A stretch of DNA of 64,000 nucleotides from Eledone cirrhosa (GCA_964016885.1 OZ024740.1:122388001-122452000); one strand, 5' to 3'; positions 40,235 through 54,642 are shown, counted from the first letter of the stretch. Made by a program: numbers and translations. Notes: generated from the sequence alone by a model not told the origin.

Positions 40235-42071
40235 AAGAGTGAAAAAGAAGATGGTTAACAGTACAAACAGGGTTTTATTTACAGTATTGTAAATTGTTTA
40301 ATTGACTAGGTCGTCTAAAAATTGCTAATCACTTGAAGTTGTGTCACTCAATTTGAAATACAATGTATGCATAATCAAATCATCGGAAAAACTGATTAAA
40401 ATTATACACGGCATTTGTAATATACTAGGAAAATTCAAATGACAACATCAGTAATAAAGAATAATAAAGAAAAAAAAAAGAGAAAGAGAAAAAGAAAACA
40501 AAGAAGAAAAAAAAAGAGAAAAAGGAAAAAGAAAAAATAATAAATACGTTATAATGAAGATGATAAAAAATAAGTAAAAAAATGTATATGTGTGTGAAGA
40601 AAAGTGGCGGTGGTGGTGGGGGTTAAAATATAAAGATGTGATGGTATAAACATGAAAATACTAAATATATACATATATATGTATTGGTTAAATTATATTA
40701 TGAAGAAATAGTACAGTGCTAAATAAAGGATAAATTAATAAATTGGAAGTTATGTTAGAACTGAAGAGAACATGATAGGATATAATGGAAGAGGTGAAAT
40801 GGTTTTAGGGAGGAGAGTGAAAGAAAGAAAGGTTAGGAGGTTATGATGTTGATTCAGTGATTAGTTGATTTATTGACAGTTAATAATTGTTTCTACTCTT
40901 GGCACAAGGCCAGCAATTACCCAGTACATTACTGGTACTTTATGTTATCGACCCTGTAAGGATGAAAGGCAAAGTTAACCTCAGCGGAATTTGAACTCAG
41001 ATCGTAAAGGGACGTAACTACGCTGGAAAGCATGTCTGACCCTCTACCAATACTGCCAATTCACCGCCCTTGACAGTTAATAATAATCGGTAAATATAAT
41101 AGACTCAGATGGTACAGTTTGAATTATGGAATTGTTGGGTCGAATCAAGTTGGTTTGAAATTAACGAATTTAGTAGCTGCTTTATGCCTACAGAAAATTG
41201 ACCCAACTATTTTGCTGTTAAGCAGTATTTTGTTATATTTTAAAATATGGAGCAACTGCATATTACAAAGTCCGCAGTGGGACATTCAATTCCATTTCTG
41301 TAGGCCTTTTCCCCTGACAGTTTCGACCAGCTAATCCCGTATTCCTGGTCTATATCTTTAAGCTACCAGATTTCATTGGCGAGCGTTGTTGTGTTCAGTA
41401 GTCTCCGGTTCATTATAGAGTCTCTGTGGACGTACCATCTTTTTTTTAACTCCGCGGCCGTAGAACCTATGTTGTGGCATGCTAAGTTGCCTGAATTTAT
41501 AGTACACAGGTACACTATATTTGACTCCAGGCATCTATTTTGTATGGGCACTTATCCGGTAAGTGACAGTTACAATTTGAGGCCTTCATGTGTGACGGTT
41601 CATCGATGCGGTTTTGTATGTTGTTATGTATGGGCTGAGATTTGGGTTTGTTGATGTTTTGTTGTGATGCGTTCTGACGTGTGTGTGGTTGCGATGTTGT
41701 TCTGTGTTTGTGTTTTGTATTTGGTGTTATGGTGTTTATTTGTAGGTTATTTTCATTAGAGATTCTTTTATTGTTAATTTTATGTATGTGTGATTCTATG
41801 TTGCAAGTGATTAGCAATGTTTAGACAACTTAATCAATGAAAGAATTGTTAATACTGTAAATAAAACACTTTTTGTACTGTTGACCATGTTATTCTTCAC
41901 TCTTTCACTATTATTACTCCAATATTAACCTGCATAGGTATTCCCGAGAACTCGCAACCTAACTAAGGAAACCTCTTGTTGAGTCAAACAACGCCCTACG
42001 TTAAAACTATCCACAATACGGAGCATTCTCAATCTCTAACTGGATTACCTATAAGGATAATTTGTTATCCC

Positions 42072-42073
<2 letters not shown>
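40231..42073 (-). mobile_element. Penelope-like element remnant (GIY-YIG on minus) with an inverted copy of its 3' end at the 5' side; inserted in (TA)n
   Basis: CNCH..DKCP, NIVYLCTI..HNIGSTA..LKKRWYVH...TTLANEIW (41340-41800). 40231-40335 is the reverse complement of 41804-41910. TA tracts at both ends. Confidence 0.8.
40888..41069 (-). mobile_element. SINE, full length, TSD ttgacagttaataat, inserted in a PLE 3' UTR
   Basis: 15-bp direct repeats on both sides. Confidence 0.88.
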
Positions 42074-42141
<68 letters not shown>

Positions 42142-42199
42142 ATAATAATAAATTTGAAGACTCTTTGATTAAACTTTAATCTGTTATTTTAATAAATAA

Positions 42200-42243
<44 letters not shown>

Positions 42244-42862
42244 GGCCGTGTAGTAACAATGATATTAAAACAACACGTGGGTGAAGTAAGAGAAACAGAA
42301 AATACGGAAGAGACAAACAGGAAACATTCCCACTCTTTGGCTGTCTTTCTGGAGATCATTATAAGTTTGCATGCTTCATAAGACCGGACTATTTACCACC
42401 AGTGCATGAATGAAAACTACTTAGTTATCCATTGATAGCTATTCGAGATGAAATCACAACATGCGTTCGACAAAGAAAAAACACAAAAAAAGAAGAAATA
42501 ACTACGCACTGGTATGGTACAGGAAATTGCTACAATCGAAAGCAACACAAATAAGGTCTCGATAACCGTAGTAGAAATGAAGGAATGAATTAAATTAATA
42601 CAGGTTAGTTCGAGTAATATCCCTAGAACTAATAGTTGCAAAGATGACTGACAAGTTCGGTGTCAAATCACAAAATGATGAAACAGTGTTTTGGACAGGT
42701 AGGGTAGTATTAAAGACTGAGGGAGATGAGAAAAAAAGATAGTTGGATATAGTGAGAGAGATAGATAGAGAGACGAAGGGAGAGAGATAGATAGAATATC
42801 ACAGTACTAGTACAAGATAATTTGAGTAATAGCCCTGGAACTAATATTATTAGGAGAGACAT

Positions 42863-42987
42863 GAAGAAGAAGAAGAAGAAGAAGAAGAAGAAGAAGAAGA
42901 AGAAGAAGAAGAAGAAGAAGAAGAAGAAGAAGAAGAAGAAGAAGAAGAAGAAGAAGAAGAAGAAGAAGAAGAAGAAGAAGAAGAAGA
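42863..42987. repeat. (GAA)n microsatellite
   Basis: Pure trinucleotide run. Confidence 0.98.
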
Positions 42988-43069
42988 GGAGGTTGTGTGG
43001 GGACAATGATAATATAATTACAAAAATTGAAATTGGGCTGTGTTTCCCAACGATGGTATTGTTACCTCC

Positions 43070-43540
43070 AAAAGTGGTTAATTGTTTCTGATAGCTTCAC
43101 ACTATGCGGTGACCACCACAGGGAGCAATAGTCCAGTCGGCGTAGGACAAATGTCCTCCATAGTGACATCATGGATTCTTGGATCTTGTATTGAAAATCC
43201 TCAAGATCTAGACAACATGTCTCCTGCACATTGCAACCATTTTCAAGATGTGTGAATGAAGAACCATGATCTATCATTTGCAGAACCAAAGTGGAGGAGA
43301 TGAGTTGTGCTTGGTTAAAAATATGTTACACCTTCACAATGCTCGAACTTCATTTCCCTCAATGAATGCCTGTTTAACTTCATATGCAGCTGTCTTCCTT
43401 ATAATATATATACATTATGGTGTAAGTACCCATACCTTAAAACTAGTCCGTATCTTCTTGGCCATGATATTCTGTATGATGTCTCTACTTTGTGGATTAG
43501 TAGAAATTGGTTTGTTCCGAAGTTATTGGACATATGTCGT
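43070..43540 (-). mobile_element. CR1/L2-group LINE fragment (post-RT region)
   Basis: MMSLWRTFVLRRLDYCSLWWSP resembles LYKSLVRP.LEYCS.VWSP. Confidence 0.55.
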
Positions 43541-43641
43541 AGAAATAATGCATCTTGCACACACACACACACACATGCACACACACATGCACACACACAT
43601 AGGCGCGCACACTCACACACACACATACACACACACCCACA

Positions 43642-43693
<52 letters not shown>

Positions 43694-44252
43694 TATCGTG
43701 AATTGGAGTAGACTAATATTTTTGGAAAGATGACAGTAAGACAATAATTTTTATATCTATTACTATTGCATTGTACAAGGTTTCGTTAATGAGCATAAAG
43801 TAATGTCATTATATAATGAAATAATTCTTACTTCACAATTATTGCATACACATATACATTCTCTGTTCGTTGCGCAGACGAAAAATTACAGATTTTAAAA
43901 CTAAATCAAAGGAAAGTTAATCGTACATAACGATAATATCTATCTTTAAAATCTGATTAAATTTGTAATAGTCATTTTGTTTGAGTGAGGTGCACATTTA
44001 CGCACTTATTGTATGCATATATGCAGTATATAATCATATAATGACACATAAACACACGCATATATGTATACATATTTATGTGTGTGTGTCTGTGTGTGAG
44101 TGTATTCGTATTTGTGTGTGTGTGAGTGTATACTTACATTTTAACGATATTACATAATTTGGGTACTATCAATTTTATGGACATAAACAATTCTTGAATT
44201 TTAGTGTTCTGACATCACCTGTTGATTATTGCCTGTTGATTATTACGATGCT

Positions 44253-44290
<38 letters not shown>

Positions 44291-44316
44291 CATACATACA
44301 TACATACATACATACA

Positions 44317-44352
<36 letters not shown>

Positions 44353-44367
44353 TATATATATGATAAG

Positions 44368-46340
44368 CTACAGGAGAATACACTGTAGAAGTGAGGAACA
44401 GATTCAGTGCTCTGAGTTGAGGGGCAGGGAGGAGAGCGATGAAGGGACTGAAAAGACAGTGACGTAGATGTACGGGTACTTCAACAATGCAGTGGCAGAA
44501 GCAAGTGAGGCCCTGGTGCCGAGGAGAGAGAAGAGAAAGAACGTCACCTCTGCAGACCCAAAAGTGTGTGCAGCCTGAGAACACCTGAAAGCTGCCAAGG
44601 ACCAATTCCATCCTGATCCTACAAAGAAGGGGAAGGAAAATGTAGAAGTGATGAAGGTTGAACTGTGTACCTCTTACACCGAGGGCAGATAGAATGCACT
44701 GATAGAGAATGTCAGAAGTGTGTAAAGAGCGTTTGGCATGTTTACGTGTAAAGAGAGCTGCACGATCATCAACGAGATAACAGGGAGGAAGAGAGGGAAT
44801 TCAATGTAAGACCCTACTAAGAGAGCCGTCTTCTACAGCCCAGAGTACAGGGGAGGTCAGGTATCCGTTTGAGGAACTGGATATTGAGACAAGACCCTTC
44901 ACCAGAGAAGAGCTTCAGAAAGCCAAGCAGATCAAGGAGGACAAGGCCCATCGAGAAGATGGAGAGGCATCAAAGGTGATAAAGAGATGTGATTTTGGTG
45001 ATATCCTCCTGGAGTTCTGTAACCAGGCACTGGAGAAAGGAGTTGCCCCGAATCAGTTGAGGATCAGCAACACTGTCCCAGTGCTAAAGAAGAGAGATCT
45101 CTCTAACACCAACAACTACAAAGGGATCTCACGACGTCACTTGTGTCAAAGACCCTCAACAGGATGATTATTAACAGGATCCATCCCGAGATGGAGAAGA
45201 AACTGGGGGACAACCAGAACGGCTCCAGACGAGGAAGATCAACCGCCAGTCACATCCTGATGCTGAAGTGAATATTAGAGAGAGCTAGAGCAAAGAGCCT
45301 TTCTACTGTCATGGTTTTCATTGACTTTAGGAAGGTTTTTGGTTGTGTGGACCGTCACTGCCTGATGAAGATCTTCCAAATTTATGGAATCCTCAAGAAG
45401 ATAGTGGACCTGATATTACTGCTGTATACCAACACCAGAGCCCAAGTCATTACACCTGACAGGATGACAGAGTTCTTTGAGATACTGGCTCGAGTCCCCC
45501 AGGGAGATACATTTGCTCTCTACCTTTTTATCATCACAGTGGACTGAAGTATGCGCCTTGCGCTGGAGAAACATCAGGACTCTGGCTTTACTGTAACACT
45601 GGCTCAGAGCGGGAGAGTTAAGGCTAAAACGATATCAGATGCTGAATTTGCTGACGACAATATTCTGGCGACAAACACAATGAAGGACGCAGAGTATTTG
45701 ATGCAGGAGGTGGAGACTGTGTCGATGAGTGGGGCTGAGAATGAATGTGATTAAGACGAAGTATCTTGTAGAAACATTAAGAAGCTAGAGAAGATTATGA
45801 ATGTAGGCAGGAAGCCTCTACAATTAGCTGAGGACTTCCTGTATCTGGAAGCAAATATTGGGAACGGGGAGGATGATGTGGTTGAGAGAAAGGGCAAAGC
45901 ATGGCTGGTATGCCACAGTTTGAGATCGGTGTGGAAGTCGGACCTTCGTAAATACCAGGAGATCTGTCTTTTCGATGCTACAGTGGAGTCTGTGCTACTG
46001 TACTTGTCTGAGACTTGGGCATTGACAAAGAAATGCACTCAGATGGTAGATGGGTGCTACACGAAAATGCTAAGGATGGCTCTGAACATTAATCAGTATA
46101 CACTGAGCATGAATAACTCAGAGCTGTACGGGACCCTCCCACACGTCAGCTCGAAAGTAACACAGGGGACACTGAGGGTAGCTGGACATGCCCATCGACA
46201 TTCATAATTGATACTGCACGGATTGCTCCTGTGGGAACCCCTACACGAACACACTAGAAGAGGGAGACCGAGGTTGAAATGTATTGATGCCCTGAGGACA
46301 GAAACTTGTCTCTGGGAGAGAAGGACATGGTGGTGATGAT
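44368..46340 (+). mobile_element. Degenerate RTE-clade LINE (RT domain and C-terminus)
   Basis: NYKGIS, FIDFRKVF, VPQGDTFALYLF, EFADD, FLYLE, ATVESVLLY.SETW, DGCYTKMLRMALNI, LRVAGH..RH, LLWEP..RGRP, broken by stops and frameshifts. Confidence 0.88.
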
Positions 46341-46943
46341 AAATGGTAGAGACCGCTGGAGAAAAATTGAAAGAACTCAACCCAAGGAATGTCTTTAAAC
46401 AGCAAAATGCCATCAATTACAGCGGCATGTAAAATTTACTTCGAAACATAGAAATCACCGCCTAGAGGTGTGATGGCCCACAGACGTGATAAGAAACATA
46501 GGATAAAAGAAAGAAGATGGACGAGAGAAGATTACACAAACATTTAAATATACTCATCAGCATTTATACCACAAAACCATGTCGCTGGTTTGAGTGCTGA
46601 TGCAGGTGAAGACATAGGTGTGTAAACTTGTCTTATACATGGCTTTGCTGTATTTTCTTCCTCCAGTCACGTCTATACCCCAACAATCTTCATCCTCCTA
46701 CTATTTTCTATATTTCATGTCCCAGATACCCATATTATGACGTGTCTCTCTGTTAACCACTGGCCGCTTGTCTCTGTCCTTTGAGGCATTTGACATATCG
46801 CTGTATTTGAAAGCATTTAGCTGTTTCAATGGCTTTTCTAGCGATATGTTTTCTACTTTTTCTATGTATTCTAATATACACTCATTTCGTCTCGATCAGA
46901 GACAGCGGTGCTTTTTCTTTTATACACACACACACACACACAC

Positions 46944-47019
<76 letters not shown>

Positions 47020-47022
<3 letters not shown>

Positions 47023-49584
47023 GTTCGGAATTGTTTTTGGTAAAAACAGGAGTAAGCTGGAGAGAGCTCTCAACAATCGTTATTTTAGTTACGATGGAGA
47101 ATTTTATAAGAATAATAAAATAAAATGCTGAGGTTACATCTATCGTTTAATCATAATAATTATTTCTACGTTCTCCATGTAATCGAGATGTCCTTTATGC
47201 ATTTGCTGTTGATTATGAGAACGGTTTCCTCAGATGAAGATCGATATATTTTATATGCCGCTGGCAGGAAAACACACATCCTAATGCCTGTGCGCCCAGC
47301 ATATATATGAGTTCCTTGAAGGGTTTGCCAGCCGTCGCGTTTGTTAGAAATAGCTATCAGCGAAAAAAGACGAAAAGAACGAAGAACTGTGTGCAACCAA
47401 AACCCAGTAGAGAGTTGAAGGAACACGAGTTCTGAGGGGGGTGGATTATACATTTAGTTGACCACCACCTATAGCCAACAACAACAACGACAACGACAAC
47501 TACAACAACAATGACAATAACATCAAACCGCCGACCAAAGTTATCCACAGTGGTCGCAATAGTCGTGCTGATAACATCACCCTATTGACAACAACAACTA
47601 AAACAACAGCTACAGTAAAAACACTTACAACGACAACAGTAACAAACGATAACAACAGCAAAAACACAGACCAGCGTCGTGTATACAGGTCGTAGTCGTC
47701 GCAGTAACGGTACCACCCTGTTGACCGTAAACAGCGATAACGCCAAAGCAATAACAAGGAGTTTAGAGGTAGGTGGGTACACAGAGTTGGTGGTATCAAT
47801 CACCATGACCATAAACAGTGACAACAACAATGACAACGACAAAAAACACCAACACAACCCATCACCCATCCTGTTCGTCGCAGTAGTGGTGGTATCAACT
47901 ATGTCAGTATTAAGCCATTGGTAACACCAATAACAATAACAAGACTACCGATGGCCCTACCACGGCGACGGCGGCAACAGGAAAAAAGCCACGCTTCCAA
48001 GAAAATAAAACTAACCACAATAGTAGTTCGTTGAAACAGGGAGGTGAAAATGGGATAGAAAACAAAGATGGGTATTTATATATATAAAAACAATCACAAT
48101 TAATACAATCCTCTTCTATCATTGGAAGGCATAATGCCAGCAATGATCATAGCATTCAGTCCCAACCACAGTGGCAACAATACTATCAAAAGCGTTGTTA
48201 GGCCATGGAAGAGAGTTACGGAAAGCAAAAGTAGGAACAGGAATAAATAGAAGAAACGAGAACACGTATAGAGAACACAATAATAAAGGAACGGGACAAA
48301 ATACATAAAAAAACATCAGTAGGTATATAAATAGAGGAATAGGTAACAAAGGACAAGAAACAAGTACACATAGAGACTCCAGGTGTGCAAACAAGATATC
48401 CAAGGTTCGCCTGATGCTGGGGTTGCCGCGAGGCTATGCCTGGCTTCCACGGACAAGATTACAAAAGTGTTCAACTAGCACCACTACGTTGCTAGTCCGT
48501 ACAGTTTGAGGAAGATTCCAGAAGATCTGTGGAGGCAGATACTGTTTTCCCTGGAGTTGTGGACGTTTTTTAATCTACTGCGGTTCAAGGCTTCTATGTT
48601 TTGTATTGGGTTTCTAGTTGTGGAGTAGGACAATTTAACCGTGTGCCTGTTAAAGATGTCGTGTTGCTTATGGAAGTGCTTATCCAGAGCCCCGAAGAAA
48701 GAGGCCGCTATGTTGTTGCGTAAACCCGCGTATTGATAACGCGAGCTCACCTCTTGATTATTTCCATAATCTCGGTGGCACACAAATCGCACGAGTTATG
48801 TCCACCCTCGCTGTAGGGTTGAGCCGATGATATCATGGACCACGACATGGTGAAATCTACGTTATCCCGTTTGAGACGCCACACTAGTTCCGAGAGAGCG
48901 GTTCTGTGCTTCTTATCCGCTCTCCTAAAGGTGTGGCAGTGATTGTACCAGAGTTCCTTAAACTTATTAGCCGTTGCTCCGATATAGGTGAAGGCATGGT
49001 TGCTGGTATTCACCCTACATTCATATACTAAGCCACTGCCGAGACACCTACCCTCCAGGGGAAAGCTACCGGGGTTTCTACAATTACAGCCCGGAGGGGT
49101 GTTGCCGCCTGTATCACCAGAACGTGTTGTGTGATTCCCCGATATTTCACGCTCCAAGACGTTACCAACAGAGGAAGAGGTATTTGCGCGGTGCGTCTTC
49201 TCATGGTTGCTGTTTTCCCTGGAGTTGTGGACGTTTTTTAATCTACTGCGGTTCAAGGCTTCTATGTTTTGTATTAGGTTTCTAGTTGTGGAGTAGGACA
49301 ATTTAACCGTGTGCCTGTTGAAGATGTCGTGTTGCTTATGGAAGTGCTTATCCAGAGCCCCGAAGAAAGAGGCCGCTATGTTGTTGCGTAAACCCGCGTA
49401 AAAGGGGAGGGGGGTTAAACCCTTCCTGTTGTAGTCACGAGGCTTTTGTTGTCGTTGTCATTGTTGTTGTTACTGTTTATGGTCATGGTGATTGATACCA
49501 CCAACTCTGTGTACTCACCTACCTCTAAATTCCTTTTTATTGCTTTGGCCTTATCGCTGTTTACGATCAACAGGGTGGTACCGT
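47020..49584 (-). mobile_element. Penelope-like element fragment (linker + GIY-YIG + 3' UTR) with an internal templated duplication and an inverted 5' piece
   Basis: FNPP..YAGLRNNIAASFFGALDKHF...FNRHTVKLSYS...CNCRNP..PLEGRCL...VYECRV...YIGAT...WYNH...TALSELVW...CDLCATE. Confidence 0.88.
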
Positions 49585-49650
49585 ATATATTATGGCTGCC
49601 CCCTCGTTATCGAGTATGGCCATTGCACGATATACCATTATTAATAATTA

Positions 49651-49835
49651 GGGTGGATTGGCAGTATGGGTAGAGGGTCAGACGCCATGCTTTGAAGCAT
49701 AGTGTTACCTCCCTTTATGATCTGAGTTCAAATCCTGCCGAGGATAACTTTGCCTTTCATCCTTACGGAGTCGATAAAATAAAGTACCAGTAATACACTA
49801 GGATAATTGCTGGCCTTGTGCCAAAAGCAGAAACA
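49651..49835 (+). mobile_element. SINE, full length, TSD attattaataatta
   Basis: A-box tggcagtatgggtag, B-box gagttcaaatcc, core and 3' end all present. Confidence 0.88.
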
Positions 49836-50170
49836 ATTATTAATAATTATTAATTAATTGTATCGTGCAATGCCTGTGCGTGAAGATATTTTTTTAAATG
49901 AGGAAAGACTGTGCACTGAGCCAATCCCCCTCTCTGGGCGACAGTAGCTATAACCCGAAAAGAAGAAAAGATCAACATCATCGGTAACTACTGAGCCGCA
50001 GGTTTTATATCGGAGTTATCCCAGTTTCCTGAGTTGCGTTCTCCTAGAAGGCTAGTGGTCCTTCACTCCCAGTCATTTAACTGCGTGGTAAATGTGTATA
50101 TACATATTTACACACTTTTGGATGGTTGTTGACTCTCATGAGTTCTTCTGCCCTTTGTTATATACATATA

Positions 50171-50210
<40 letters not shown>

Positions 50211-50327
50211 TACATATATACATGCATATATACATACATAAACATATATATGTACACACACATATATATATATACACATATATACTTACACACACACACA
50301 CACATACACACACATATATATATATAT

Positions 50328-50623
<296 letters not shown>

Positions 50624-53290
50624 TTATATACCTATATATCTATACTTATATACCCATATATTCACGTATGCCTATATATTGTGTAAGACTATATATATTA
50701 TGGCAATTAAAGATATGTTCGATAATTCTATCAATGTTTATGTGCCACCAACTGGGAATATCTTTCTCCAAATACTTTATTTGATACGCTATCCACACCT
50801 CATCTCGATGTGCTTCAGATTAATTACTGTTTCTCCAACTGGCATGTATAGTTCGTCTGGGTAGGAGTGTAGTTTTGCTCTCTTCTCCGTTTGGCCCGAA
50901 ACCTTTTATGTAACTAATTAAACTCTTTGTTCTTTTGTAGAACTACTCATTTCTCTTCATTCTCTTGTATGTGTATATGTGAATAATCATATATGAATGC
51001 AAGAGTGTGTGTATCTATTTTGTTTCTGGGAATAATTTTAGCAGGAGTGTTCATAAAATATGTGAATAAGACCAACGCTGTATTTTACTTACTGAACACA
51101 CACACACAAGTGTTAAATACACATTTGCATATTTAGATGTATATGTGAGCTCACATAAACATTTCATTAAATGTGTATGCATCAATACGCGTGCTTGCAT
51201 ACACTCGTGAGAAAAGGTGAATGTAGAGATAAATATTCATATATCACTAGGATGGGTAAATACAGTCACTCTTGACATTTTAAAAATGTTTTATGAACTT
51301 TTTATGCAATATTTTGTCTCCTCTTACCAATTGAGCTGTGAAAAGAGTTCTATGTCCTGCTATAGACAATCTAACAGATTCATCATCAGCAGCAGCCTCG
51401 TTATCTATCGACTACAAATGCACTTCTACTGAAGACTATATTGGCAATAACAAACATTCCGTTCTTTCATCATTGTCATCATTTCATAAGCAGCAAATGC
51501 TGTAATTATTTTCGAAAGATTATTTAATACATTTAATATCTATTGAGTATGTTGTAATATTGTATTAATATTTCATAGAACGTCTTAAATTAACAGCTAC
51601 TTAGGTATTGTGAACCTGAGGAAGTAAAACTCAAATAAAATATTCTCAAAGACCTCTTCCTTAGATTTTACACAAATGTATCAGCCAGGTTATCATAATG
51701 TAAAGCATTTAAATTATCTATTGTTTTCGATGAGGGCAGAGGTCTTCATCGTGAGACTCGAACTATACAGTGAAACTACAAAATATATTCCATTTTGCTG
51801 ACACTTTATGGAGCTGGTCATTTTATACTCGAGATTAAGTTGTAATTAAGGGGTATACCTTTAATATGTTACTAAAATATAAAGCTTTGTATCAACTTGA
51901 ACTTACCTGAAACCGGGGAATCTCTCTATTACCAGGAAAATCAGACAAAGATGGCTACATGAGTGTCATATAGAAATGTGAACAATACAGTATTATCATC
52001 ATATCAACAATATCGGACCCACTTCCTCATGTCATTTCAGTTCATTTTAATTGATGGCAATTTCCGAGTTGAATACCCTGCTTTTGTTAACCAAATATGT
52101 TTAAATAAAAATGGATTACCATCTGATTTTTATGCGGAACATACCATACTGTATACTTTCCTAGTTCTTAGACCGATTGATAAAGCTGCTGATTTATTTA
52201 ATATAACGAAGATAGATAAATGCCATTCTACATGATTGAAAAATGCTACAAAATATAGCACAAAATATGACAACGATTACAAGAATTTCTAAAAATGACG
52301 AGCAAACGATAAACTGGAGCAGCGTTGCAAAGAAACATGAACCATGAGAGAAGAATGAATCAGATGTTTCATATTTGTTGTGTGGTTGATGTCCTTCAGA
52401 CCTGACAAGTGTTCCGGTTGTTCAACAACGAAACATGAAACTAACGTGCCAGTAGCTGAGCATTCTACAGAAATATACACCTTTAACTAAGTTCTCGGGG
52501 AGTTACAACCTGACACAGTGTGTGACATATTTGTCCCTTTGAAATACAGGTAGAGTTCATTTTTTCAAACAAAGTGAACTGGAACAATGCGAAATAAGAT
52601 GATTTGGTGAAGGACATACCAAACACGAAAAATATCAGAAATGTTGGGAGGATTCACCTCAATTCATTCAAAGAGTGAAATGAAAAATATCACAAAAGGA
52701 TTCAGTTTTATCAGCTAATGGCGGCTACGCACAATTCCGAGCTGAAAACTAATTCATTAACAGACATGATTCCATAACTAAAAAGAGGTGGATTACGACC
52801 GAGTCATGGAAGATACTAAAAACAATCGGAATTTTTTAAGATATTAAGAAACAAATATACTTTCATAGACTTCTTTTATAATATCTTGTCAAATCTTCCG
52901 ATTACTCCGCAGAAATTTCAACAGCCATTTGGAACTCCATGAATATTTTATATGAAGAAAACATTAGATATAGCTCCAAATTATGTATATAATAATAACG
53001 TATGCCATACGTAATACGATGTTATTTGGATTTTAGGTACAGATCACATTAGATTCGATTTTACCATTCGTCTGTTGAAAGTGACTATATAGTTCAATTA
53101 TTGATAATATAAATTCTGACAATATACTTACCACAAATGGTAGTTATTGAGCTGAAATACATATATATATATATATATATATATGGGGGGGGGGGGGGTA
53201 TGGGTATGTGTGTGTATGTATCTGTGTGTGCGATTGTTTGAATGTTTAAATATGTAAATATAGATCGTTATTATTATTATTATTATTATT

Positions 53291-54611
53291 GTTCTTTGAG
53301 TCTAAGTCATTGATGTTAGTTAACTGGAAAGTTTGTTGAAATGAATATCAAGCCACTATCTGCAGCCTCAGATATTCAGGACGTATCGGAGGGTTCTTGC
53401 TGTTCCCAGCAAGCATGCCTTTTTAAGTCTTCCAAAAAGCGGGGCGGGGCTAATTTTCTTTAACCATCCCTGGAAACTTTTTGAGATAGTACCTAGTGCG
53501 CCTATGACAATCGGGACCACTTTGACTTCATGGCAGTTCCAAATCCTTTTTACCTCCCACTTTAAGTCCTGGTATCGGTTAATTTTCTACCTCTCCTTCT
53601 CTTGCACTCTCGTGTCGAATGTGCAGGCCACATCCACAATCAGGCACGATCTTTTTTCTTTGTCCACAACCACCAGGTCAGATCTATTGTGTTCCAGTTT
53701 ATTGTCCATCTGTATCCTAAAATCCCACAGCACCTTCACCTGATCGTTTTCTATCACCGACTCTGGCTTATGCTCATACCACTTCTCAGAATGTGGTAAA
53801 TTGTTTACTTTGCATAGGTGCCAGCGGATCACCCTGCCCATCACATCATGTCTCCAGCGCTTATAGTGAGTCTGGGCTAGGTGTTTACACTCGGATACAA
53901 TGTGAGCCACAGTCTCCTCTCTCTCTCCACAGATCCTGCACAGTGGGCTAGCATCCTCCTTGTAAATATGGTGTTTCAACCACTTCGTTTTGAGGGCCTG
54001 CTCATGCGCAGCCATTAACATTCCTTCTGTAGCCTTTTTAATGTCTCCTCTTTTCAACCGGTTCCGTGTCTGTGGATCTCTGAATTCAGTTTTCTCAAAG
54101 AAGGTACTATGAAGGGATTTTTCATGAAGGCTGCTCATTCTCCGTGTTGTCATCTCCTCCCTGGACATCCCCTGGTCTATTGTCCTCTCCGTCAGTACAG
54201 TTCTGAGCATTGGCTCCTTACTATCAGTCATGTATTTGTGTATGTTGTTCTTCTCCATCTGAACACAGTCCTCTATGCTGATAAGACCTCTTCCACCTTC
54301 AGATCTCATTAAGTAGAGTCTATCGATATCACTCCTCTTGTGGAACGTGTTGTAGATAGTCAATAGCTTCCTAGTCTTATTATCCATTTCTTTTTGTTCA
54401 TAAACATTCCATCTCAGAATTCCCATGACTGCTTGATGTCAGGTGAGGTACCAGAGTGGTTGACAAAAGATACGACAGTTCTTGTAATGAAAGATCGAAT
54501 CAAGAGTAATGATGTTACCAACTATAGACCTATCTCATGTCTGTCAGTAATGTGGAAACTGTTGACAAGCATTATGTCTGAGGAAATCTACCATCACCTC
54601 CACACAAACAA
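53291..54611 (-). mobile_element. 5'-truncated R4/Dong copy with an inverted 5' segment (54425-54611 on +)
   Basis: Reverse-complement match to the 3' part of the long ORF (62527 onward) plus 3' UTR. The + segment matches 61422-61608. Flanked by (TTA)n on both sides. Confidence 0.9.

Positions 54612-54641
<30 letters not shown>

Positions 54642-54642
<1 letters not shown>

Noticed and set aside
42710-43091. Poly-K and poly-F ORFs
   Set aside because: Produced by the (GAA)n microsatellite.
47190-47240. Possible hammerhead near the 3' end of the 47-49 kb PLE (ctgagga...aaatgcata on minus)
   Set aside because: Too degenerate to support by eye.
51366-51505. Possible terminal exon NLTDSSSAAAS...QQML*
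   Set aside because: Weak acceptor, low-complexity content and no recognisable homology.
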